A stretch of DNA of 64,000 bases from Acidimicrobiales bacterium. Its GTDB lineage: Bacteria > Actinomycetota > Acidimicrobiia > Acidimicrobiales > Acidimicrobilacustridaceae. The stretch is taken from assembly GCA_044339605.1 (NCBI GenBank), contig JBIIVE010000001.1, positions 12,582 to 76,581 on the forward strand, given 5' to 3'. A program made the translations under genes and the position numbers. A model generated the notes under the pieces. It did no database searches and was not told the DNA's origin. It saw only the letters and a list, made by a program, of their open reading frames with translations. Below are positions 11,279 through 19,625 of this stretch, in pieces (position 1 is the stretch's first letter; every line of letters starts with the position of its first letter).

Positions 11279-11739
11279 CCCGGTTCGGCGTCGAGAGGTC
11301 CGACGCGATCCACATGGCCCTCGGCGCGATCGGCCCAATCGGGACCAGTGACATCGGGGGCAAGGTCGGCCAAAGGCGCCATCACAAAGCGACGCAATCG
11401 CATGCGTGGATGCGGCACTTCCAGATCGGGTTCCGCAACGGTGACGCCATCGATCCAAATGATGTCGACATCGAGAGTGCGCGGACCCCAACGAACCGTA
11501 CGAACGCGATTGGCCGCCGATTCCAACCGATGGCACACACCCAACAGTTCGCGCGCGCTGAGATCGGTGTCGAGCTCGATGACGATATTGAGGAATGGTT
11601 CTTGATCGGGGCCGCCGACCGGTTCTGTTCGGTACACCGGCGACACGGCAACAACCGAGTCAAGCGAACTCACCGCTTCGCGAAGAAGCGACCATGATTC
11701 ACCCATGTTCGAGCCGAGGCTCAGGAACGCTCGAGACAT
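11275..11739 (-). CDS. folK: 2-amino-4-hydroxy-6-hydroxymethyldihydropteridine diphosphokinase
   Basis: LSLGSN, RWGPRTLDVDI, PHP. Confidence 0.95.
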   Translation of the reverse strand: MSRAFLSLGSNMGESWSLLREAVSSLDSVVAVSPVYRTEPVGGPDQEPFLNIVIELDTDLSARELLGVCHRLESAANRVRTVRWGPRTLDVDIIWIDGVTVAEPDLEVPHPRMRLRRFVMAPLADLAPDVTGPDWADRAEGHVDRVGPLDAEPG

Positions 11740-12105
11740 TCAGCGTCCCCGGATGATGGTCACGCCCGAAGTAGCCAGTGCCTGCGGCACCGGTGGGCGC
11801 AACTTCCGCACAGACACCGTGACACTCAGTGCACGCGGATCAGCGAGCACGGCATCGGCGATGTTCTGGGCGAGATGTTCAAGTAACTGCGGTGTTCCGG
11901 TAAGGATCACGTTTTCGACCGTTGCAGTAATAGCGCCGTAGTCGAGTGTGTCGTCGAGATTGTCCGACGCGCCCGCCGCGGAAAGATCAGCGACAACATC
12001 AAGGTCGACCTCGAGGGGCTGTGCCCGTTCGCGCTCTTCAGGAAGCGCGCCACAAATGCCAGTGACGACAAGGCGGCGGAGTTCGATTCGATCATTCGGG
12101 GCCAT
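11740..12105 (-). CDS. folB: Dihydroneopterin aldolase
   Basis: DRIEL, EERERAQ, DDTLDYG, LLEHLA, RKLRPP. Confidence 0.92.
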   Translation of the reverse strand: MAPNDRIELRRLVVTGICGALPEERERAQPLEVDLDVVADLSAAGASDNLDDTLDYGAITATVENVILTGTPQLLEHLAQNIADAVLADPRALSVTVSVRKLRPPVPQALATSGVTIIRGR

Positions 12106-12121
12106 GAGGATGCGCTCCGGG

Positions 12122-12643
12122 TCAGGAAGACGGCGGGGGGATCGTCAGTGAAATCGCAACCAGTTCCCGGCCGGTCGGGCCGAGCTGGCGCTGAGTCAGC
12201 TGTTCAATCACGGTAACAACCCGGGGAGGAGTTTCGACCAGGCCGTTCCAAAGTAGATAGCCAGCGATAAGACCACAGACTCGGTCGCTGAGTTCCTCAG
12301 CATGGATGAGAATTCGCTCACCGCGCTCGAGGAGCGTGCGGAGTTCGGCGAAGAAGGCAGTTTCGAAGATGCCGAGATCGTCTTCGGGAACTGGGCGGTG
12401 ACGCCACACCACACCGAGTTCGTCGTAATTGTGGAGATTCAGCGGTGCTGCGATCATCGAGATGACGCAGGTGAAGCCCTGTTCGCGAACCCAGATGATT
12501 TCCTCTTGGCGACGAACCTTGCGATGGTTGGCGCCATAGCCACCGGGTCGCTCACAGACGGCGAGTCGCTCAGCGATCACCCAGTGAAAATTGCGGGGGC
12601 GGATCCCCTGCGCCCACTTCCCTTTACTGGCCACGGCGCTCAT
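12122..12643 (-). CDS. Hypothetical protein with a PTP/dual-specificity-phosphatase-like fold lacking the catalytic Cys
   Basis: LAVCERPG N-terminal motif; P-loop-like ILIH-A-EELSD-R; ATGA overlap with the folP stop. Confidence 0.7.
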   Translation of the reverse strand: MSAVASKGKWAQGIRPRNFHWVIAERLAVCERPGGYGANHRKVRRQEEIIWVREQGFTCVISMIAAPLNLHNYDELGVVWRHRPVPEDDLGIFETAFFAELRTLLERGERILIHAEELSDRVCGLIAGYLLWNGLVETPPRVVTVIEQLTQRQLGPTGRELVAISLTIPPPSS

Positions 12644-13461
12644 GCTGCCACGACTTTGGCCGCTTGGATGGCGCTTCTGACGTCGTGAGCGCGAATCATG
12701 CTTGCTCCGGCGTGCATTGCCCACACCTCAGTGGCGATCGAACCGGCCAACCGATCATCGGCGGGAACGATGTCGGTAGAACCATCAGAAGTGGCAAGGA
12801 GCCGTCCCAGCATTGCCTTTCTGGACGTTCCGACCATCACTGGCCAACCCAATTCAACGATGCGATCGAGGTGTGCGAGCAGCGCCAAATTGTGGGCGTC
12901 GGTCTTCCCAAACCCAAATCCAGGATCGACCCAAATTTCTTTTACTCCGGCCTCTGAAGCAGCCGTTGCGCGCTCGCGAAGGAACGTACAAACCTCTGAC
13001 ACGACATCGTCATAGTGAGGATTGGCCTGCATCGTGCCGGGTTCGCCTTGCATGTGCATCGCGATCCAGCCGACGCCGAGTTCGGCCGCAACCGGCCAAA
13101 GAGAGGCAGAGACGTCGTTGATGAGGGTTGCACCTGCAGCCACCGCAGCGCGCGCAACCTCGGCGTGGCGGGTGTCGATGCTGAGACGACAACGACCGCT
13201 CAATCCTTCGAGAACCGGGATGACACGTACGAGTTCAGTTTCAGCATCAACAGGCGCTGCGCCTGGTCGGGTGGACTCGCCGCCAATGTCGAGAATCGAT
13301 GCGCCCTCTTCGATCAGCGAAAGTCCGTGAGCGATTGCCGAAGCCGGCTCGAGGAACTTTCCACCGTCGCTAAACGAATCGGGAGTGACATTCACGATTC
13401 CCATGACCAAGGGAACCGTTGCCGGAGTGCCAACTCCGAGTCGGGGAACGACGTCGGCCAC
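12640..13461 (-). CDS. folP: Dihydropteroate synthase
   Basis: MGIVNVTPDSFSDGG, GGESTRPG, DPGFGF, SRK, RAHDV. Confidence 0.97.
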   Translation of the reverse strand: MADVVPRLGVGTPATVPLVMGIVNVTPDSFSDGGKFLEPASAIAHGLSLIEEGASILDIGGESTRPGAAPVDAETELVRVIPVLEGLSGRCRLSIDTRHAEVARAAVAAGATLINDVSASLWPVAAELGVGWIAMHMQGEPGTMQANPHYDDVVSEVCTFLRERATAASEAGVKEIWVDPGFGFGKTDAHNLALLAHLDRIVELGWPVMVGTSRKAMLGRLLATSDGSTDIVPADDRLAGSIATEVWAMHAGASMIRAHDVRSAIQAAKVVAA

Positions 13462-13463
13462 GT

Positions 13464-14036
13464 TTAGTCGCGAGCGATGAATCGCATCGCTTCGAATCGA
13501 GTGGCGGCGCTTTCGCGGAAAAGCCCGCGCACTGCAGAGGTAACGGTGGTCGAACCTGGCTTACGAACACCACGCATCGACATGCACAGATGCTCTGCCT
13601 CGATGACAACGAGCACGCCACGAGGCTGCAGCGTTGTCTCAAGTTCGTCGGCGATCTGCGCGGTGAGGCGTTCTTGCACCTGCGGACGCTTTGCGTAGGC
13701 ATCGACCAAGCGAGCGATCTTTGAAAGACCAGTCACGCGACCATCGGTGCCGGGGATGTAGGCAACGTGCGCCTTACCCATAAACGGAACGAGATGGTGT
13801 TCGCACATTGAGGTGAGTGCGATGTCACGCACCATCACCATTTCGTCGTGGTTGGCCTCGAACATCACCTGAAGGTGACTGCGGGGGTCGTCACGAAGGC
13901 CGGCGAAGACCTCGGCATACATGCGCGCCACGCGATCGGGCGTGTCGTGCAGGCCATCACGATCGGGATCCTCGCCAATAGCGATGAGGATTTCTTTTAC
14001 AGCCGCTGAGATTCGGGGAAGATCGATGGGCTCCAT
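13464..14036 (-). CDS. folE: GTP cyclohydrolase I
   Basis: [26 protein letters not shown]; RBS AGGAG. Confidence 0.97.
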   Translation of the reverse strand: MEPIDLPRISAAVKEILIAIGEDPDRDGLHDTPDRVARMYAEVFAGLRDDPRSHLQVMFEANHDEMVMVRDIALTSMCEHHLVPFMGKAHVAYIPGTDGRVTGLSKIARLVDAYAKRPQVQERLTAQIADELETTLQPRGVLVVIEAEHLCMSMRGVRKPGSTTVTSAVRGLFRESAATRFEAMRFIARD

Positions 14037-14116
14037 CACGGTCTCCTGACGAGGGGACAAGAACAAAAACGTTCAACAGGTGGGAAATCGTAGTGATTCC
14101 CCAATCGGCAAAAGAG

Positions 14117-14698
14117 TCAATGACCGCTTCCGGGCCCCACGTAGACCCGAAGGTCATCGAGGTTGCGGTAGCGCTCAGCGACATCGAGGCCGTACCCGAC
14201 CACAAACTCGTCGGGGAGACGAAAGCCTACGTAGCGAAGATCGGGTTCCACCTTCTGCATGCCTTCTTTTAGAAGAAGCGCACACACTTCGAGACTGGCT
14301 GGGTGCCGGGCTGCAAGGTTCTTGCGGAGGTAATTCAGCGTGAGTCCACTATCGACAATGTCTTCAATGATGATGACATCGCGCCCGGTGAGATCGATAT
14401 CGAGGTCCTTGACGATGCGAACGACACCGCTGGTCTTCGTTGCCGTGCCGTAGGACGACACCGCCATGAAGTCGAGTTCGACAGGCAGCGCGATCGCACG
14501 GGCGATGTCGGCCATAAACATGACTGCGCCCTTTAGGACCGCGATGAGCAGCGGAGCTCGTCCGGCATAGTCGACAGTGATCTCTTTGCCCAGTTCAGCG
14601 ATGCGTTGCTGAATGGCTTCGTGGGTGACGAGGATCTGACCGAGATGGGGATCGACATCGGGATGCGGATGTTCGTTACCGGACGCGCTTTGGGTCAC
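14117..14698 (-). CDS. hpt: Hypoxanthine phosphoribosyltransferase
   Basis: VLKGA, IIEDIVDSGLT, FVVGYGLD. Confidence 0.97.
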   Translation of the reverse strand: MTQSASGNEHPHPDVDPHLGQILVTHEAIQQRIAELGKEITVDYAGRAPLLIAVLKGAVMFMADIARAIALPVELDFMAVSSYGTATKTSGVVRIVKDLDIDLTGRDVIIIEDIVDSGLTLNYLRKNLAARHPASLEVCALLLKEGMQKVEPDLRYVGFRLPDEFVVGYGLDVAERYRNLDDLRVYVGPGSGH

Positions 14699-14719
14699 GC
14701 GGCGAATGTAGTGCAGTCC

Positions 14720-15613
14720 TCAGCCCTTGGGTGTCGTCACGATGCGAAGTTCTCCTGCGGTGCGTTCGACGCGACGGTTTCCACCCAATTCGGTCGCGAC
14801 GGCATCGCCTCGAACCACCGCCATCACGCGATCGATTGTTGCGGCGTCAGGCGGATGGCGTTCTTCGGTACCGGCTCGCAACCATTCGCGTAGTGCGACG
14901 CGCGCCACAACCTCTGGAACTTCTCGAAGCACTCGCGTATCGGTCGGATCAAGTTGGGCGGCTTCCAACTTCAGATAGTCAGCAACCAACGCAAACACAT
15001 CGGCCTGACGATCAAGAATCGGCACGAGATCACGGCCGGCGATGTCGGTCAAAAGCGGAAGCACTTCGTGACGAATGCGATTCCGCACGAACATCGGGTC
15101 GGTATTGCTGGGATCGAAAAACGGTTCAATGCCTTCGATCTCACAGACCCGTTCGGTGTCGGACCTTCGAAGATTGAGGATCGGGTGACGGAAACCGGGG
15201 CGAATAGAGGCCAAGCCATCGGGGCCCGCACCTCGCAACAAATTGACGATCATCGTCTCGGCCCGATCATCGGTCGTGTGACCAAGCGCAGCATCAGGGC
15301 CGAGCACTGCATGCCGGGCCGACCGGGCGCGGGCTTCAAGGTTCGGGCCAGTTTCGACGACCACCGTCTCGGCACGAAAAGCAGCACCAATTTGTTCAGC
15401 GACTGCTCGCACGCGATTCGATTCGGTTTCGGAGCCCGAACGCAACCCGTGATCGACATGCACCGCGGTGACGTCGCAACCTGCAGCAACGGCCAATACG
15501 ACTAACGCCATCGAGTCGGCACCGCCCGACACGCCACACACCAATGGTGTTCCCGCCGGTGGGAATGTGCATCGATTCAGGAACGCACCATGACGTTCAG
15601 CGAGCGAACTCAA
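14720..15613 (-). CDS. tilS: tRNA(Ile)-lysidine synthase
   Basis: PP-loop SGGADS, HVDHGLR, EARAR, GHTTDDRAET, DPSN; start approximate. Confidence 0.92.
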   Translation of the reverse strand: MSSLAERHGAFLNRCTFPPAGTPLVCGVSGGADSMALVVLAVAAGCDVTAVHVDHGLRSGSETESNRVRAVAEQIGAAFRAETVVVETGPNLEARARSARHAVLGPDAALGHTTDDRAETMIVNLLRGAGPDGLASIRPGFRHPILNLRRSDTERVCEIEGIEPFFDPSNTDPMFVRNRIRHEVLPLLTDIAGRDLVPILDRQADVFALVADYLKLEAAQLDPTDTRVLREVPEVVARVALREWLRAGTEERHPPDAATIDRVMAVVRGDAVATELGGNRRVERTAGELRIVTTPKG

Positions 15614-15629
15614 AGCAGGTCGACTTCGC

Positions 15630-16703
15630 TTAGCCAGCAACCGGAAGCGCTGCGCCCATGCGATCGATCCACCGCTGTGGGTCACGGATCTCGAGAATGC
15701 TCGGAAGGTTCTCGGGACCTTCCCATGCTCGTGACAGCAACTGCTGACCGCCGGCACGCTCGACATCGGTGATGAACGCTTCGCCCTGCGCATATTGGGC
15801 CAACTTTGCCTGCAGGCCGATGAGTTGCTGAAAGATGCGCGCCATCCCGCGAGCCGATTCGCGTCGTTCGCGCAACACCTTTCCGAATCGATCGGCACTG
15901 GGCACTAAATCCTGGCCAGCGCGATCCATCGTGATGTCTCCGTGCCCTTCGAGAAGGCTCATCATTCCGCTCACCTGGTCGAGTACTGCGCGCTGTTCAG
16001 GACTCGCGATGAGAGTCATCAGTCCACCGTCGGCCAATGGCTTTTGGCCCGAACGGATTGCCGTTGTCACGCGTGCAATGGTTTCGCTCATTTTTGCGGG
16101 ATCGGGATCGATCGTGTTCATCGTCTCGTGAACGAGACCAAGAAAGTGTTCGCGCAACCATGGAACACCAGTGAATTGGGCTCGATGCGTTACCTCGTGC
16201 AAGGCCAACCACATTCGAAACTCTTCAGGCGGAAACGCAAACTGTTTTTCCAGTGCAAGAACATTTGGTCCGACGTAATAGACGATGTCCTGGTCTTGCG
16301 GATTTTCTTCTTCGATCACGAGAAGGTCGTACTGCCCCAACACCCGAGCCGACATCCAGCCCAACATCACACCAAGTTCCGCGCCCGCGAGTCGTGCGGT
16401 GATCGGAGCGACACGACTCGACGACACACGATCGCCGAACTTGTCGAGCATCGGTGCCAACAATCGTTGGAACGACGCGAGGTTGGCGCGAATCCATCCG
16501 GGTCGATCGGTCACTCGGGCACGAGCCGGACCAGCAAGTGACCGAAGCCCGGTCTCTTGTGCGACAAGTTCTTCCGCAACAGCAGTCAGCCGGTCGAAGT
16601 CAGGCTGTAGCGATTGATAGTGATAACTGGCAGCGAAGGGATCCTTCTTGGCGGTACGGATCGCGACCTTTTCGGCCACACCCCAATCGACCGCCGCGGC
16701 CAC
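15630..16703 (-). CDS. Zincin-like metallopeptidase (DUF2342 family)
   Basis: ALHEVTHRAQF (HExxH), MSLLEGH, LGQYD; usual position upstream of tilS. Confidence 0.88.
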   Translation of the reverse strand: MAAAVDWGVAEKVAIRTAKKDPFAASYHYQSLQPDFDRLTAVAEELVAQETGLRSLAGPARARVTDRPGWIRANLASFQRLLAPMLDKFGDRVSSSRVAPITARLAGAELGVMLGWMSARVLGQYDLLVIEEENPQDQDIVYYVGPNVLALEKQFAFPPEEFRMWLALHEVTHRAQFTGVPWLREHFLGLVHETMNTIDPDPAKMSETIARVTTAIRSGQKPLADGGLMTLIASPEQRAVLDQVSGMMSLLEGHGDITMDRAGQDLVPSADRFGKVLRERRESARGMARIFQQLIGLQAKLAQYAQGEAFITDVERAGGQQLLSRAWEGPENLPSILEIRDPQRWIDRMGAALPVAG

Positions 16704-16708
16704 GTTGC

Positions 16709-16843
16709 TCAGCGCTTGGGATAGCGGGGAGCGACGACCTTCTTCAGGTACAGGCCAATGATGACCACCACAATAAGGATCGTCGGCAGCAGAAGCGCCG
16801 GCGCAATCCAAAACGCCCAGACCTGTGCGAACAGAAGTTCCAT
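16709..16843 (-). CDS. Small single-pass membrane protein (44 aa)
   Basis: MELLFAQVWAFWIAPALLLPTILIVVVIIGLYLKKVVAPRYPKR; TAGGAT 7 nt upstream of the ATG. Confidence 0.7.
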   Translation of the reverse strand: MELLFAQVWAFWIAPALLLPTILIVVVIIGLYLKKVVAPRYPKR

Positions 16844-16853
16844 GCCTGTGATC

Positions 16854-17186
16854 CTAGGCCTCGCGGCCAGGCTCTCCGGCATCGTCAGCCCCAATTCCGC
16901 CCGAACCTTGAATCCGGAGATAGGTCAGTTTCTCTTCAATCCGGATTCGGAGAGTCTCGGGGAACTCCCCCGAATGGGTCTTGGTGGTGATGACCATGCG
17001 AAGTTCGGCCTCGAAATCGAAGGCCTCGAAACAGGGGCTGCAGGCATCGAGGTGGCCCATGATCTCGTTGCGCTGGGCGTCACTGAGTTCCTGATCGAGG
17101 AATGTGTAGACCTCGGCCAACGCTCGTTCGCAGTCAGGTGTCCCGGCAATTGGCATGGCGGGAGTGGCGTCGTGGTCGTGGGTCAT
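16854..17186 (-). CDS. rsrA: Zinc-binding anti-sigma factor RsrA/RshA
   Basis: ZAS motif C…HLDACSPC directly downstream of a SigH/SigR-like gene. Confidence 0.9.
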   Translation of the reverse strand: MTHDHDATPAMPIAGTPDCERALAEVYTFLDQELSDAQRNEIMGHLDACSPCFEAFDFEAELRMVITTKTHSGEFPETLRIRIEEKLTYLRIQGSGGIGADDAGEPGREA

Positions 17187-17194
17187 GGCGATTC

Positions 17195-17773
17195 TCAGGG
17201 GGCCTCGGGGACGGCATCGGCCAGTCCCCTCTCGATGGCAAAATCATGTAACTGCTTTTGGAGGGCTTTTCTTCCACGGTGGAGCCGACTCATCACGGTT
17301 CCGATCGGGATATCGAGATCCTCAGCGATTTCCTTGTATGACAAACCCTCGACATCGCTAAGGAGCACGGCGAGGCGATAGGACTCGGGCAGGGCATCGA
17401 CTGCCGCCTGCACGTCGGCATCGGTGAAGTAGTCCATGAGCTCGTCTTCGGCGCTGCGGGAGGCGCGAGCGGCTTCCAGACCGCCCATGCGGCGATACAG
17501 GTAGAAGTCCTCGACGCCATCGAGCTCAGTTTCGTCGGGACGGCGCTTCTTCGACCGATAGGAGTTGATGTAGGTGTTGGTGAGGATCCGGAACATCCAA
17601 GCCCGCAGGTTGGTGCCCTGCTCGAAGCCAGCAAATCCTTTGTACGCCTTCAGGTACGTCTCTTGAACCAGATCCTCGGCGTCTGACGCGTTATGCGTCA
17701 TTCGCAGCGCGGTGGAATACAGCTGCGGCATGTAGTCCATTGCCTGTTCGGCAAATGCGTCTTGATTGGCCAT
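17195..17773 (-). CDS. sigH: ECF sigma factor SigH/SigR
   Basis: [46 protein letters not shown]; start [12 protein letters not shown]. Confidence 0.92.
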   Translation of the reverse strand: MANQDAFAEQAMDYMPQLYSTALRMTHNASDAEDLVQETYLKAYKGFAGFEQGTNLRAWMFRILTNTYINSYRSKKRRPDETELDGVEDFYLYRRMGGLEAARASRSAEDELMDYFTDADVQAAVDALPESYRLAVLLSDVEGLSYKEIAEDLDIPIGTVMSRLHRGRKALQKQLHDFAIERGLADAVPEAP

Positions 17774-17776
17774 CAG

Positions 17777-17849
17777 AGCCCGAGAGGAGAATCGAACTCC
17801 TGACCTGCTCATTACGAGTGAGCTGCTCTGCCGTCTGAGCTACCCGGGC
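17777..17849 (-). tRNA. tRNA-Thr(CGT), CCA not encoded
   Basis: GCCCGGG/CTCGGGC acceptor stem, D arm, GCTCA-CT-CGT-AA-TGAGC anticodon arm, AGGAG-TTCGATT-CTCCT T arm; TAACCT -10 at 17861-17866. Confidence 0.95.
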
Positions 17850-17925
17850 GGGAAGCGATGAGGTTAGCCGCCTGCTCCGATCGGACCCACTCGGCGCTCG
17901 TCAGCGGCGTGATGTCGTTGGCCAA

Positions 17926-19017
17926 TCAGCGACGGGGGCGGCCCAGTTTCGAAAAGAGCGCCACTAACTGCAGGCGTTCGTTCGGATTTCGCACGAGGTT
18001 GCTGGCGAGTTCAGCAATGTCATCGATTGATGCAGCCACATCGGCGGGGCGAGCCGAAGCCGCAAGGTCGTCACGGTAACGACGAGACAATTCAGTGAGT
18101 CCGGCCCTGATCTCGTCGGTTCGATAGCGGCGGACTTCTCGCTTGTGCCGATCCTCGAACTGCTTGCGACCCGAACCACGTTCACCGCGAGCCGCCACGA
18201 GTTCAGCGAACTCGGCAACTTCTGCAGCGTGTGCGTCGGTCAGCGGTGTCATTGCATCGTCGATCATGGCCAACAAGTCGTCGGCGGTTTCGATGGCGCG
18301 CGCACCGGTGCCGTCGAGACGATCGGGAACTGCGCGCCATGCCGCGCGTCGCAACGCGAGTCGATCATCGGTTGCCAAAAGTCGCGCACGGCCAAGATCA
18401 CCAACTGCGGCAGCGGCCGCATCGGCGGCGCGTTCAGGGGCAACACCTTCAGCGATCAGTCGCTCAATGATGAGTTCGTCGGTGATCGTCGCAAGGTCGA
18501 TGCGCACGCAACGGCTCGCAATGGTGACGAGATCATTTGGAACATCATCAGCAAGAACAACAAACACGGTGCGATCGGGTGGCTCTTCGATTGTCTTGAG
18601 TAGCTTCGGCGCTGCAGTGGTGACGAGATGGAACTCGTCGAGAATCAGCACTTTCGGTCCGTTCTCGATTGACGAACGGGCTGCTGTCGCGATGATTGTG
18701 TCGGCCTGTTCGGCAGAAATTGATGCCCCCACTCGTTCGAACTCGGTGATGTCGGAGTGATTCTGCGTAAGTGCCATGCGCGCCTGGCGGACAGCGTCAT
18801 CGCCATTTCGATCGCGGCTCACGAGCGCTGCAGCAAATGCACGCGCCAACTCGCGTTTGCCGCTACCGCGTGGGCCAACCAATAAGTAGGCATGCACCGG
18901 CGCATCGACCGCGGCGCGCAATTCGCCAACAGCGTCGTCCTGGCCAACGACATTGGACCAGAGTTCGATTCCAGCAAGTTCCGCCGACAGCGGCGGGTAG
19001 TCGGTGCGTGATGTCAC
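17926..19017 (-). CDS. holB: DNA polymerase III subunit delta'
   Basis: HAYLLVGPRGSGK, KLLKTIEEPP, TIASRC; follows tmk and precedes tRNA-Thr as in other actinobacteria. Confidence 0.88.
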   Translation of the reverse strand: MTSRTDYPPLSAELAGIELWSNVVGQDDAVGELRAAVDAPVHAYLLVGPRGSGKRELARAFAAALVSRDRNGDDAVRQARMALTQNHSDITEFERVGASISAEQADTIIATAARSSIENGPKVLILDEFHLVTTAAPKLLKTIEEPPDRTVFVVLADDVPNDLVTIASRCVRIDLATITDELIIERLIAEGVAPERAADAAAAAVGDLGRARLLATDDRLALRRAAWRAVPDRLDGTGARAIETADDLLAMIDDAMTPLTDAHAAEVAEFAELVAARGERGSGRKQFEDRHKREVRRYRTDEIRAGLTELSRRYRDDLAASARPADVAASIDDIAELASNLVRNPNERLQLVALFSKLGRPRR

Positions 19018-19625
19018 AGAAGCAGTTGTAGCCGCTCAGCGACCGCGGCGGACACTGCCGCTGACACCTCATCGATCGACGGCGTGCCATCAATGACAAC
19101 CCAGCGATCGGGTTCGGCTGCGGCTTGCGCCCGGAAGCCCTCGAGAACTGCAGCATGAAACGCTGCCGGTTCTGCCTCCATACGATCTCGAGCCGCACCG
19201 AGTCGACGATCGGCTTCGGCCTCGGGAACGTCCAACAGGATGATCAGGTCGGGCCACACACCGCCGGTTGCCCACAGCGAAAGATCGCGAATCTCGTTAA
19301 CCGGCAATCCGCGGCCGTGGCCCTGGTAGGCGATTGACGACCCCGCGAACCGATCAGTGACCACGTGTCGACCTGCGGCCAAAGCAGGTTCAACCAATTC
19401 AGCGACGTGTTGTGCGCGGTCAGCGGCCATGAGCAGCGCTTCGGCACGGTCAGAGAGATCGATCGTCTGCGGATCAAGAAGTACTGCTCGCAATTGCGCG
19501 CCGATCACCGTTCCACCCGGTTCGCGCGTGAGAACGGCATCAAGTGCATCGGCCAAGCGCGCTGATTGCGTGGATTTTCCGCAGGCTTCGCCACCTTCGA
19601 AAGCAATGAACATTCCGCGAGTCAT
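19014..19625 (-). CDS. tmk: Thymidylate kinase
   Basis: FEGGEACGKST, TREPGGT, DRF. Confidence 0.96.
   Translation of the reverse strand: MTRGMFIAFEGGEACGKSTQSARLADALDAVLTREPGGTVIGAQLRAVLLDPQTIDLSDRAEALLMAADRAQHVAELVEPALAAGRHVVTDRFAGSSIAYQGHGRGLPVNEIRDLSLWATGGVWPDLIILLDVPEAEADRRLGAARDRMEAEPAAFHAAVLEGFRAQAAAEPDRWVVIDGTPSIDEVSAAVSAAVAERLQLLL

Noticed and set aside
14040-14116. Folate-related riboswitch (ZTP or THF) before folE
   Set aside because: The spacer is short and no consensus elements are recognisable
17777-17849. tRNA-Thr as the attachment site of an island
   Set aside because: No duplicated tRNA 3' end or integrase seen downstream; the next genes are core
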